Of a stretch of DNA of 64,000 nucleotides, positions 30,087-40,222 are shown piece by piece. The notes beneath the pieces are model-generated. The model did no database searches, had not been told where the DNA came from, and saw nothing but the letters and a program-made list of their open reading frames with translations. The stretch is from Thermodesulfobacteriota bacterium. Lineage in GTDB: Bacteria > Desulfobacterota > Desulfarculia > JACQYL01. Every line of letters begins with the position of its first letter. Within the stretch, counting starts at the first letter, position 1. The stretch lies in NCBI GenBank assembly GCA_963675595.2, contig CAXXLZ010000002.1:2144001-2208000 (forward strand). Reading direction: 5' to 3'. Both the position numbers and the translations under genes were made by a program.

Positions 30087-31498
30087 AGCTGGCCCCCTAT
30101 CCGGAATACAAGGAATCCGGCAGCCCTGCGGCACCGAAGATTCCTGGCCAATGGGCGGTTCATCGTTGCCGATACCTATTCCGCGAAGTGGATGAACGTT
30201 CTCAAGACGGACAAGAAATCCATCTGTCGATGACCCAGAAGCATGGACTGATCGACAGCTCAAAAATCGACAAATGGCGCTTGCAGTCAGAATCATATAC
30301 AGGTGGAAAAGTATGCCAGAATGGCGATTTGGTTCTGAATAGACTGAAGGCCCACTTAGGTGTCTTTGCCCATGCAAAGCAGTCTGGTGTGGTTAGCCCT
30401 GACTATACGGTTCTCCGACCAGTTACCAACGATAATCCGAGGTTTTTTGAGCTCCTTTTTAGAAGCCCCCATTTCATCACGGAGTTCACCAAATCAACTA
30501 AAGGAATCGTTAAAGGATTCTGGAGGCTTTACACGGACGATTTTTATTCAATTCGTGCCGTTGTACCTCCGCCAGAAGAACAACAATATATTCTCAGATT
30601 TATCGATTCGCACACTGCACGGGCCAACAAGTTCATCCGCAACAAACGGCGGCTCATCGAACTCCTCAAGGAGCAGAAGCGGAACGTCATCAACCAGGCC
30701 GTGACCCGGGGGCTTGATCCCAAGGTCAAGTTCAAGCCCAGCGGCGTGGAATGGATCGGAGATATTCCGGAGCATTGGGATGCCAGACGGCTCCGCACGC
30801 TGGCGGCGGTCAGGGCAAGTGGCGTCGACAAGAATACAAAAGAGGATGAAGTCCCGGTCATGCTATGCAACTACGTGGACGTTTACAAGAACGACCGCAT
30901 CACCGCCGCTCTCGATTTCATGAAAGCCACCGCCACGCGGGAAGAAATTCGCGCTTTTGAGCTGAAGGCGGGTGACGTAATCATCACCAAGGATTCCGAA
31001 AGTTGGGACGACATCGCGATTTCTACCTTCGTGCCCGAGGCCATGCCGGGCGTCGTTTGCGCCTATCACTTGGCTCTGATCAGACCGTATTCAGGAGAAA
31101 TCGAAGGCGAGTTTCTGTTTCGGGCGTTCTCTTCCGACCCGGTAGCAGACCAGTTCCGGATTGCCGCGACCGGCGTAACTCGCTTCGGCTTGGCGCAAGG
31201 TTCAATCAAGGGGGCATTCTTTCCGTTGCCGCCTTTGGAAGAGCAGCGAGCCATTATTGCTCACATCAATGAGAAGTGCGCAGAGATCAGCCATGCGATT
31301 TCAAGGGCCGAGCGCGAGATCGAGCTGATGCGCGAATACCGCACCCGGCTGATTTCCGACGTGGTCACCGGCCAAGTGGATGTGCGCGGCATCGATATGC
31401 CGGAGCCTGCCGAGGAAGAGCCGACCGCGCCGGAGGAGGACAACGAAGAGCCCGATGACGTGATCGATGACGAGGAGGACATGGAGGTCGAGGAGTGA
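30083..31498 (+). CDS. hsdS: Type I R-M specificity subunit S
   Basis: ATGA overlap with hsdM; YPEYKESG, PPPEEQ, SGVEWIGDIPEHW, LPPLEEQ, LISDVVTG; two TRDs. Confidence 0.95.
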   Translation: MKLAPYPEYKESGSPAAPKIPGQWAVHRCRYLFREVDERSQDGQEIHLSMTQKHGLIDSSKIDKWRLQSESYTGGKVCQNGDLVLNRLKAHLGVFAHAKQSGVVSPDYTVLRPVTNDNPRFFELLFRSPHFITEFTKSTKGIVKGFWRLYTDDFYSIRAVVPPPEEQQYILRFIDSHTARANKFIRNKRRLIELLKEQKRNVINQAVTRGLDPKVKFKPSGVEWIGDIPEHWDARRLRTLAAVRASGVDKNTKEDEVPVMLCNYVDVYKNDRITAALDFMKATATREEIRAFELKAGDVIITKDSESWDDIAISTFVPEAMPGVVCAYHLALIRPYSGEIEGEFLFRAFSSDPVADQFRIAATGVTRFGLAQGSIKGAFFPLPPLEEQRAIIAHINEKCAEISHAISRAEREIELMREYRTRLISDVVTGQVDVRGIDMPEPAEEEPTAPEEDNEEPDDVIDDEEDMEVEE

Positions 31499-32966
31499 CC
31501 GTTGATCGACCAACCGAATATCTCATTGGGCTTGTTCATGAACTGCGCAAGCTGCCCGTCGAAACCGAATGGGTGGAATTCAAGCATAACCGGGCCGAGC
31601 CGGAGGAGATCGGCGAGTATCTCTCGGCCCTGGCCAACTCTGCGGCGTTGCTGGGGAAAGTCAATGCGTACATGGTCTGGGGGGTGGATGACGACACCCA
31701 CGACATTATCGGCACCACTTTCAACCCTGCGGAATGCAAAATCGGTAATGAGGAGTTGGAAAGCTGGCTGCTTCGGTTGCTGGATCCCAAAATCAATTTT
31801 CGTTTCCATGCGCTGGAAATCGACGCCAAGGCGGTGGTTCTGCTGGAGATCGGCGCGGCCTTCCGACACCCGGTGCGATTCAGGCGCCGGGAGTTCATTC
31901 GCGTCGGCTCCTACAAGAAAAAACTGAAGGACTATCCGGAGAAAGAGCGGGCGCTCTGGCGGGTATTCGATCAGGTACCCTTCGAGCGCGGAATCGCCGC
32001 CGAACACGTCTCCAGCGAGAACGTGCTGAAGCTCCTCGACTACCCCGCCTATTTTGACCTGCTGGAGCTCCCGCCGCCCGATGGCCGCGCTGCGATCCTC
32101 GATGCACTGGCCAAGGATGAGTTGATTCATGCCTGTGATGCGGGTGAATGGAATATCACAAATCTTGGGGCGATCCTCTTTGCGAAGAAGTTGGTTGATT
32201 TTCCGGGACTCAGGCGCAAGGCCATACGGGTGGTCCATTACAGGGGACGGGGCCGGGTTGAAACCTTGCGGGAACAGGTCGGCGGTAGAGGTTACGCGAA
32301 CGGCTTCGAGGGGTTGATCCATTTCATCATGGCGCTGGTCCCTACCAACGAAGTGATCGAACGGGCCTTGCGGCGGACAGTGCCCATGTTCCCGGAACTG
32401 GCGGTTCGCGAGTTGGTAGCCAATGCGTTGATACACCAAGACCTTTTCGTCACCGGCGCTGGACCCATGGTGGAGATATTCGAGGATCGGATGGAGATCA
32501 CCAACCCCGGTGAACCATTGGTTGACACCCTGCGTTTCGTCGATACCCGCCGAAATCCCGTAACGAGGCACTCGCCTCCCTTATGCGGCGGTTCCGCATT
32601 TGCGAAGAACGCGGCAGCGGTATCGACAAGGTGGTGGACCAGGTCGAGTTTTATCAGCTTCCCGCTCCGTACTTTGAGGCGCCCGAGGAGAATACAAGGG
32701 TGGTACTGTTTGCCCATAAGCCATTGAAAGAGATGGATAAGGCGGATCGTGTGCGATCCTGCTACCTCCATGCCTGTCTAAAGTGGGTAATGCGTGATTA
32801 CTTGACCAACGCCTCGCTGAGGGCACGATTCGGCGTCGAGGAGAAAAACAAGGCGGCTGTTTCCAGATATATCCGCGAGGCGGTCGAGGATGGGGTGATC
32901 AAGCCGTTTGACGAGGGGGCGTCCAGAAAGCTCATGAAATATGTCCCGTTCTGGGCAAAGTTTTAA
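31495..32966 (+). pseudogene. AlbA_2 (Schlafen-like) + HATPase_c_4 + HTH protein split by a 1-nt frameshift
   Basis: ETEWVEFK, SALANSA, VWGVDD, RELVANALIHQD, then EERGSGIDKV in a second frame. Adding one C to the CCC run at 32546-32548 gives DTPPKSRNEALASLMRR and a single 490-aa ORF. Could be a sequencing error. Confidence 0.8.
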
Positions 32967-33308
32967 TTGACGGGTAATTGATGGATCGCCGGGAAAAGCC
33001 TGAAGGGGAACTTACAACTTATTGATTTGTAATCACTTTGTTGGTTTTCAGTTAATTGATCGACAATAAATGACGGAAACACGAATGGCTGCAGTGAAGC
33101 GGCCGGCACAAAAAGCCCGGCAGAGGGCGACAAAGGTAGGCGCCGGCGTTTTGGTGTGGCAGCCATGTCATTGAGGACCGCCGGAATACCTCGTATGGAG
33201 AGTGAAACCGCTTGATTTTGGCTGGTTCGGAAAATCTCGCACCGCTGTTGCGAGAAAGTGTGCAGCCATTGGTTGCATAAATCGGGTGGAGCGGACCGGG
33301 GTGCTGAT

Positions 33309-36296
33309 ATGAAAACGGATGCAACGGAAAAAGGGTTGGAAAGCCTCATTGTCCAATCGCTGATCAACGAAGCCGGATACGTCCTGGGCGACCCGCGGGA
33401 CTTCGACCGGGAACACGCCGTTGACCCGGCCAAGCTCCTGCAATTTCTCGCGGCCACGCAACCCGATAGCTTTGAGAATCTCGGCATGGATGAGGAAGGC
33501 CCCAAGCGCACCCAGTTCCTGCACCGGCTGCAGGGCGAGATCGCCAAGCGTGGGGTGGTGGATGTGCTGCGCGGCGGCATCAAGCACGGCCCGGCCCACG
33601 TGAACCTTTTCTACGGTACGCCGACGCCGGGCAACGTGAAGGCTGCCGAACGATTCGCGGCCAACATTTTCAGCGTCACCCGCCAGCTCCGTTACAGTCG
33701 CGTTGAGACGACACTCGCCCTTGACATGGCCGTGTTCATCAACGGCCTGCCCATCGCCACCTTCGAACTCAAGAACAAGCTCACCAAGCAGACGGTTCTC
33801 GACGCCGTGCAGCAGTACCAACGCGACCGCGATCCCAAGGACCTGCTGTTCCAGTTCGGCCGATGCGTCGCCCACTTTGCCGTGGACGACCATGACGTGC
33901 GTTTCTGCACCCATCTTAAGGGCAAGGCCTCGTGGTTTTTGCCCTTCAACAAGGGCTACAACGACGGAGCGGGCAATCCCCCGAACCCGACCGGGCTCGC
34001 CACCGACTATCTGTGGAAGGAGACCCTTTCCAAGGAGGGCCTGACCGACATCCTGGAAAATTACGCCCAGGTGGTGGAGGAAAAGGACGAGAAGACCGGC
34101 AGGAAAACATACAAACAGATATTCCCCCGCTACCACCAGTTGAAGGTGGTGCACATGTTGTTGGCGGATGCCAAGGATATGGGGGTTGGCAGGCGCTGCC
34201 TGATTCAGCACTCGGCTGGCAGCGGCAAAAGCAACTCCATCGCCTGGCTGGCGCACCAGCTCGTGGGGCTGGAGCGAGAAAGCAAGGCATTGTTCGATTC
34301 CGTCATCGTGGTTACCGACCGCCGGGTGCTCGACAAGCAGATCCGCGACACCATCAAGCAATTCGCCCAGGTCTCCGCCACCGTCGGCCATGCCGAGCGT
34401 TCCGGCGACTTGCGCCGCTTCCTCAAGGCCGGAAAGAAGATCATCATCACCACGGTGCAGAAGTTCCCGTTCATCCTCGATGAGATCGGCGACGAACACC
34501 GCAAAAGCAAGTTCGCCATCATCATCGACGAGGCCCATTCCAGCCAGGGGGGCAAGGCCACCGCCGCCATGAACATGGCCGTTGCGGAAAAACCGGATGA
34601 ATACAAAGCACAATGGGATGAACTGGATACCGAAGACAAGATCAACAAGATCATGGAAGACCGGAAGATGGTGGCCAACGCAGCCTACTTCGCCTTCACC
34701 GCGACCCCCAAGAACAAGACCCTGGAGATCTTCGGCGAGCCGGACCCGCAGCCGGACGGCACGGTAAAGCACCACCCGTTCCATAGCTACACCATGAAAC
34801 AGGCCATCCAGGAGGGCTTCATTCTCGATGTACTGAAGAACTACACGCAGGTGGAGAGCTACTACCGCATAGCCAAAACCGTGGAGGACGATCCGCTCTT
34901 CGACGCCAAAAAGGCCCGGAAAAAGCTGCGCCGCTATGTGGAATCCCACGAGCACGCCATCCGCGAGAAGACCGAGATCATGGTGGACCACTTCCATGCC
35001 CGGGTGATCGGCCTTCGCAAGATCGGCGGGCAGGCCAGGGCCATGGTCGTCACCAACGGCATCGAGCGGGCCATCCGGTATTTTCATGCCTTCAGGGACT
35101 ATCTCAAGGAGCGCAAGAGCCCCTATGAGCCCATTGTGGCCTTTTCCGGCGAACACGAGTACGGCGGCAAGAAGGTCACCGAAGCCACGCTGAACGGTTT
35201 CCCCGGTAGTCAAATTCCGGACAAAGTCCGGCAGGACCCGTACCGCTTCCTGATCGTCGCCGACAAGTACCAGACCGGCTACGATGAGCCCTTGCTGCAC
35301 ACCATGTACGTGGACAAGGCGCTCTCCGGCATCAAGGCCGTGCAGACCCTCTCGCGTCTCAATCGCGCCCATCCGCAGAAGCACGACACCTTTGTGCTCG
35401 ATTTCCAAAACGACTCGGACACCATCAAGAAGTCGTTCGAACCCTACTACCGCACCACCATCCTCAGCGACGAGACCGACCCCAACAAGCTGCACGACCT
35501 CAAGTCGGATATGGACGGCTACCAGGTCTACTCCCGGGGACAAATCGATGATCTGGTCGGACTCTATCTCGCCGGCGCGGACCGCGATAAGCTCGACCCG
35601 ATTCTGGATGCCTGCGTGGCCGGCTACAACGCCGATCTCGATGAAAACGGCCAAGTGGATTTCAAAGGCAAGGCCAAGGCCTTCGTGCGCACCTACGGCT
35701 TCCTTGCCTCGGTCCTGCCCTACTCGAATGCGGACTGGGAGAAGCTGTCGATCTTCCTGAACTTCCTGATTCCGAAGCTTCCCGCGCCCAAGGAGGACGA
35801 CCTGTCTCGAGGCATCCTGGAAGCCATCGACATGGACAGTTACCGTGTTGAGGTGAAAACCAGCCTGAGGATCGGCCTTCCGGATCAGGATGCCGAAGTC
35901 GGTCCCGTGCCCACCAGCGGCGGCGGTCACAAACCGGAACCGGAGCTGGACCAACTGAGCAACATCATCAAGGCGTTCAACGACCAGTTCGGCAACATCG
36001 AATGGAAAGACGGCGACAAGATCCGCAAGGTCATTGCCGAGGAGATCCCGGCCAAGGTCGCAGCGGACGCCGCCTACCGGAACGCCATGAAGAACAACGA
36101 TAAGAAAACCGCCCGGATCGAACACGACGCCGCGCTGCAGCGGGTCATGATCGACCTGTTGTCCGACCACACCGAGCTGTTCAAGCTGTTCAGCGACAAC
36201 CCGTCGTTCCGAAAATGGCTGGGCGACACCATCTTCGGCGTGACCTATCAGGAACAGGCCGGACAATCCGCAACCGGGGCGAGCCATGGACGTTGA
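33309..36296 (+). CDS. hsdR: Type I restriction endonuclease subunit R
   Basis: NGLPIATFELK, QHSAGSGKS, IIDEAH, FTATP, QTGYDEP, QTLSRLNR. ATG 33309 chosen as start. Confidence 0.96.
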   Translation: MKTDATEKGLESLIVQSLINEAGYVLGDPRDFDREHAVDPAKLLQFLAATQPDSFENLGMDEEGPKRTQFLHRLQGEIAKRGVVDVLRGGIKHGPAHVNLFYGTPTPGNVKAAERFAANIFSVTRQLRYSRVETTLALDMAVFINGLPIATFELKNKLTKQTVLDAVQQYQRDRDPKDLLFQFGRCVAHFAVDDHDVRFCTHLKGKASWFLPFNKGYNDGAGNPPNPTGLATDYLWKETLSKEGLTDILENYAQVVEEKDEKTGRKTYKQIFPRYHQLKVVHMLLADAKDMGVGRRCLIQHSAGSGKSNSIAWLAHQLVGLERESKALFDSVIVVTDRRVLDKQIRDTIKQFAQVSATVGHAERSGDLRRFLKAGKKIIITTVQKFPFILDEIGDEHRKSKFAIIIDEAHSSQGGKATAAMNMAVAEKPDEYKAQWDELDTEDKINKIMEDRKMVANAAYFAFTATPKNKTLEIFGEPDPQPDGTVKHHPFHSYTMKQAIQEGFILDVLKNYTQVESYYRIAKTVEDDPLFDAKKARKKLRRYVESHEHAIREKTEIMVDHFHARVIGLRKIGGQARAMVVTNGIERAIRYFHAFRDYLKERKSPYEPIVAFSGEHEYGGKKVTEATLNGFPGSQIPDKVRQDPYRFLIVADKYQTGYDEPLLHTMYVDKALSGIKAVQTLSRLNRAHPQKHDTFVLDFQNDSDTIKKSFEPYYRTTILSDETDPNKLHDLKSDMDGYQVYSRGQIDDLVGLYLAGADRDKLDPILDACVAGYNADLDENGQVDFKGKAKAFVRTYGFLASVLPYSNADWEKLSIFLNFLIPKLPAPKEDDLSRGILEAIDMDSYRVEVKTSLRIGLPDQDAEVGPVPTSGGGHKPEPELDQLSNIIKAFNDQFGNIEWKDGDKIRKVIAEEIPAKVAADAAYRNAMKNNDKKTARIEHDAALQRVMIDLLSDHTELFKLFSDNPSFRKWLGDTIFGVTYQEQAGQSATGASHGR

Positions 36297-36469
36297 GACG
36301 GTCGCCGTTCAGGTTCCGATGAAGGCGGGAAAGGCGCTGTACGCCAAGGTTCGGGATCGGACGAGGTACGACTTTATCGGATCGACCCCGGTCGGCGTTG
36401 CCGCCCGACCCGCCGAGGTTGGAGGTCGAGCGGCCGCAAGTTTTCACCGTGAGACGGCCGGAGGGGTAC

Positions 36470-38686
36470 TCATGTTTGGCAGGGTGTCTCAGGGCCGTGC
36501 TTGGCGAGGGCCGTGGCCAGATCAAAGAGATCCAGGAACCATTCCCTCTTGGGACGTCCCCGTTTCATGTCCATGGATTGCAGGGCCTCGCCGATGGGGC
36601 AGGCGACAATGCTCTTGCCTTTGAATCCGACGACCTGGGCGTCCGCCCTGCCGCTCTGGATGCCTTCAAACAGAAGTGATGCCGCGAAGTCGCCCATTCG
36701 GCTGGCGAGAATTCGATCAAAGGCCGTCGGGATGCCACCCCGCTGGATGTGCCCCAATATGGCGGTTCGAACTTCGAATTCGTCCTGGCTTTCCTCCTCG
36801 AGCAATTGCCGGATGAATTCCGTAGTGTAATTCCTCCCGGCCCTCTCATTGCGAAGCATGATGACCATGCGCTTTCCTCGGGAGAAACTTTCCTTGAGCA
36901 CCCCCACGTCTCGATTCAGCTCTTCGAGACTGATCCCTTTTTCCGGTAGATAGGCTTTTTCCGCACCCGACGCCAACGCGCCCGTCAAAGCCAAAAAGCC
37001 GCATTCCCTGCCCATCACTTCAACGATAAAGGCCCTGCGGGTGGCGCCCGCGGTATGGCGAATCTTGTCCACCGACTGTACGATGTTATTCAGAGCCGTG
37101 TCCGCTCCGATGGAAAACTCGGTACACGGCAGGTTGTTGTCGATGGTGGCGGGAATGAGCACCATGGGTACGGCGAGTTCTTCGAAATTCTCGGCATGCT
37201 CGGCCAACTGGGCCGTTTTCTTGTACGTTCCCCATCCCCCGACGGCGATCAAACCCCTTAAATTGTATTCCCGCATGGTTTCAGCCACACGGGGGAAATG
37301 ATCCTCCTCAAAGACCAGCCGGGAAGTGCCGATCTCGGAGCCGGGCCGGTTGACCCACCCCACCAGTTCGTTCCAATCCAGCGGTTGAAGCCTGCCTTTG
37401 ATGAGTCCTTGATATCCGTCTTGAATTCCATATACCTGGATTCCCCGGTTCAAAAGGCACCGAGCGGCCACGCTTACCGCCGTATTCATGCCCGGCGAAT
37501 CGGCTCCGCCGGTCAGAATGCCTACCGCGCCTTCCTCCGTGCGCTCGTGCACGGGAAAAATCCGGGTCAGTTTCTTCACGAGAGAGAGGCTGTTCCGGAA
37601 GCTGTCCCCCCGCATCTCCGTGGCCCTGGCCGGATTGCAGTTCTGGATCTCGACCATGACCGATCGGCTCTTTTCCACCACCTCGTCCAGGGGCGTCGCC
37701 GCAATCTCGTTCATCTTCAGGCCGATCATATGCCTGAGATCCGCGTCGGGCTCTTCAACGAGCTTATCTACAGCCGCCGCCCCCAACCGCGTGGCGAGAA
37801 TTCGGTCAAACGCCGTTGGAGCGCCGCCGCGCTGAACATGCCCCAAGACGGTAATACGGATATCGATCTTCAACCGGTCTGCCAGAATCCGCTTTACGTC
37901 TTCCGAACGGATGGGCAAGCCGTCGGCGTGTCTGGCGCCTTCCGCCACGATCACCATCTGGTGCGGGCGCCCCACCTCACGCGCTTTGCCGATGGAATCC
38001 AACATCTTCTGATGCCACCGCAACTCCAACTCGTCTTCCGGGATCAAGACCCAGGAAGCTCCGCCAGCCAGCGCGGCCATGAGGGCCAGATAGCCGCAGT
38101 GACGACCCATGGTCTCCACCACGAAAGTTCGCTGGTGCGAGGCCGCCGTGGAAGTCAGATCGTCCATCGCGGAAACGATGTGGTTCAAGGCCGTGTCCGC
38201 GCCAATGCACATATCCGTGCCGAACAGGTCGTTATCGATGGAGCCCGGAAGGCCGATCACTTTCAGGTTCGCCCTTTGCTCCACCGTCTCCAGCCCTTTT
38301 TCGGCAGCATACTGCTTCAAGTGATCGGGCCATTCCGTCGAAAGCGTGTGCGCCCCCATCAGGGAGCCGTCCCCCCCAACCACGATCAGAGCCTGAACAT
38401 CCCTTTCCAGGAGGTTGACCGCCGCGCGGTAACGCCCCTCTCGCGTTCTGAACCGCTCGGAACGAGCCGTTCCCAGGAAAGTTCCTCCTTTGGAGAGAAT
38501 ACCGCCGCCATCCTCCCATGAAAGAGAACGGATGGAGGTACCCCCTTCCACCAGCCCTTCGTACCCGTTCCAGACCCCGAATACCCGGAGGCCGTGGTCC
38601 AATCCTCTACGGATCACCGCACGGACCGCCGCATTCATGCCCGGAGAATCACCTCCGCTGGTCAATACCGCCAAGGACTTGAGCAT
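36470..38686 (-). CDS. pfkA: 6-phosphofructokinase, tandem-duplicated (eukaryotic-type)
   Basis: Two PFK halves: TSGGDSPGMN/GGDGS/SIDND/MGR/GHVQRGG and TGGADSPGMN/TIDNN/MGR/GHIQRGG; GGGAG RBS. Confidence 0.93.
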   Translation of the reverse strand: MLKSLAVLTSGGDSPGMNAAVRAVIRRGLDHGLRVFGVWNGYEGLVEGGTSIRSLSWEDGGGILSKGGTFLGTARSERFRTREGRYRAAVNLLERDVQALIVVGGDGSLMGAHTLSTEWPDHLKQYAAEKGLETVEQRANLKVIGLPGSIDNDLFGTDMCIGADTALNHIVSAMDDLTSTAASHQRTFVVETMGRHCGYLALMAALAGGASWVLIPEDELELRWHQKMLDSIGKAREVGRPHQMVIVAEGARHADGLPIRSEDVKRILADRLKIDIRITVLGHVQRGGAPTAFDRILATRLGAAAVDKLVEEPDADLRHMIGLKMNEIAATPLDEVVEKSRSVMVEIQNCNPARATEMRGDSFRNSLSLVKKLTRIFPVHERTEEGAVGILTGGADSPGMNTAVSVAARCLLNRGIQVYGIQDGYQGLIKGRLQPLDWNELVGWVNRPGSEIGTSRLVFEEDHFPRVAETMREYNLRGLIAVGGWGTYKKTAQLAEHAENFEELAVPMVLIPATIDNNLPCTEFSIGADTALNNIVQSVDKIRHTAGATRRAFIVEVMGRECGFLALTGALASGAEKAYLPEKGISLEELNRDVGVLKESFSRGKRMVIMLRNERAGRNYTTEFIRQLLEEESQDEFEVRTAILGHIQRGGIPTAFDRILASRMGDFAASLLFEGIQSGRADAQVVGFKGKSIVACPIGEALQSMDMKRGRPKREWFLDLFDLATALAKHGPETPCQT

Positions 38687-38788
38687 ACGCACTCTCCCGT
38701 TCGTTCAGAAATCAGGCCCCGTCGATTCAAATAAATGATAAGAACAATATCCCAATGGTAGTACGCTCGATGCAAGCGTGTCGAGGAA

Positions 38789-39175
38789 TTAGCGGGGAAC
38801 GTAGGACTCGTCGACGGCCAACAGGATCACCAGATTCATGGCCAAGTCGTGATGTTCCGGATGCCGCTTTATATAATCCGAAATCAACGTCATGATATTG
38901 CTCTCGCGGTCCACCGGGTTCACTTTCCCCTCGACCTCCCGGGTCATAAACTCTCGAATGCTTTCTTTGTGCGGCGCCTCTTCACGCACCAGTACGGGAG
39001 CCACGGCCATCGCGTCCACAAAACCGCTCACGTACAAAAGCTGCTGCTTACCTGAAAGGCGCGTGTAGTCGTCAACGGTAACCAGCCCGTCGAACAATTT
39101 GAATTCCTCTTCTCCCATCGAAAGAAAAGGAACCATCAGGACGACCAAGGCCAAGGCCGCAATGGTCTTTTTCAT
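38789..39175 (-). CDS. Exported hypothetical protein
   Basis: AGGGAG RBS; MKKTIAALALVVLMVPFLSMG signal peptide. Confidence 0.7.
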   Translation of the reverse strand: MKKTIAALALVVLMVPFLSMGEEEFKLFDGLVTVDDYTRLSGKQQLLYVSGFVDAMAVAPVLVREEAPHKESIREFMTREVEGKVNPVDRESNIMTLISDYIKRHPEHHDLAMNLVILLAVDESYVPR

Positions 39176-39363
39176 GACATTCTCCCTAGTTGAAAACGGA
39201 TACGGAATAATTGCGGGGCGCACGGAATTTACAGGTAATTCCGAACGAATAAGAGGACGCAGGAAACTCCGACTTCCGGAGCCCCAACGTTTACGGACGA
39301 TAGGGGGAACCGCGCAACGGCCCCCCTTTCCGGTCTACGGGAACGAACGCTCGCAACGAAGAA

Positions 39364-40032
39364 CTACAGATCTCGAAGCACATCTTTCACGGTATAGAGA
39401 AGGATAAAATTCTCGTCCAGCTCTTTGATCAGGCCTTTCAGTTTCTCTTCCGCCATGTCGGCAATACGAATGAACACGTGACGGCAGTCTTCTTCGCAAG
39501 AATCGTAGGAGGTGAGAATGCTCACCATCTGCCCGCCGTGCCTTCGGATGACGTCGGCCACCTCCTTGATGGTGCCCGGCCGGTCCGGCAGGTTGAAGGC
39601 GAACTGGACACCGCCGCGGTAGATGCCCGTTATGCTGATCAGAACACGGAACACGTCGCCTTGCGTGATCATGCCCACAAGTTCGCCCTTGCGATTCACC
39701 ACGGGCAGGGCATGGATCCCCTTCTCGAGCATGACCACCGCCGCCTTTTCGACGGTATCGTCGGGATCGATGGAGAAGACTTTCTTGGTCATGATATCTT
39801 TGATCTTGAGCTCAGACAGCAGGTAATAGAGCTCATGCACATCCAAGGTCGTAGCCTTGGACGGAGAAGCCTCCTTGATATCCTGATCCGTGACGATTCC
39901 CATCAGCTTACCGTCGCGCATCACCGGGAGGGCCTTGATATTGTTCTCCTTCATAATCTGACCGGCTTTGAGCATGGACGTATCTTCATCGATCGTGATC
40001 ACGTCCGTAGTCATCCAACCTTTAACGAGCAT
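39364..40032 (-). CDS. CBS-pair + ACT domain protein (AcuB-like)
   Basis: MLVKGWMT, ASPSKATTLDVHELYYLL, PDRPG; GGAGG RBS. Confidence 0.92.
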   Translation of the reverse strand: MLVKGWMTTDVITIDEDTSMLKAGQIMKENNIKALPVMRDGKLMGIVTDQDIKEASPSKATTLDVHELYYLLSELKIKDIMTKKVFSIDPDDTVEKAAVVMLEKGIHALPVVNRKGELVGMITQGDVFRVLISITGIYRGGVQFAFNLPDRPGTIKEVADVIRRHGGQMVSILTSYDSCEEDCRHVFIRIADMAEEKLKGLIKELDENFILLYTVKDVLRDL

Positions 40033-40222
40033 AGGGCAACCTCCCTCCTATAACGTGCTTATACACGAAGGAGCAGAACAAAATAACAGATTGGTCGATT
40101 ACGTCCGCCAAATCAGTCCCTGTTTTCACCGCCTCTTTTTCACCTTAGCCCTCTTATCACATCCAAGCATATTCAAGATTCCAATTCCAATACTACATGA
40201 GCGTGTACAAGCAACTTCGTGC

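Noticed and set aside
33168-36287. 1039-aa antisense ORF and similar long shadow ORFs (27843-29123, 47642-49168, 41247-42656, 2627-3868)
   Set aside because: They mirror well-supported genes in GC-rich DNA and carry no motifs.
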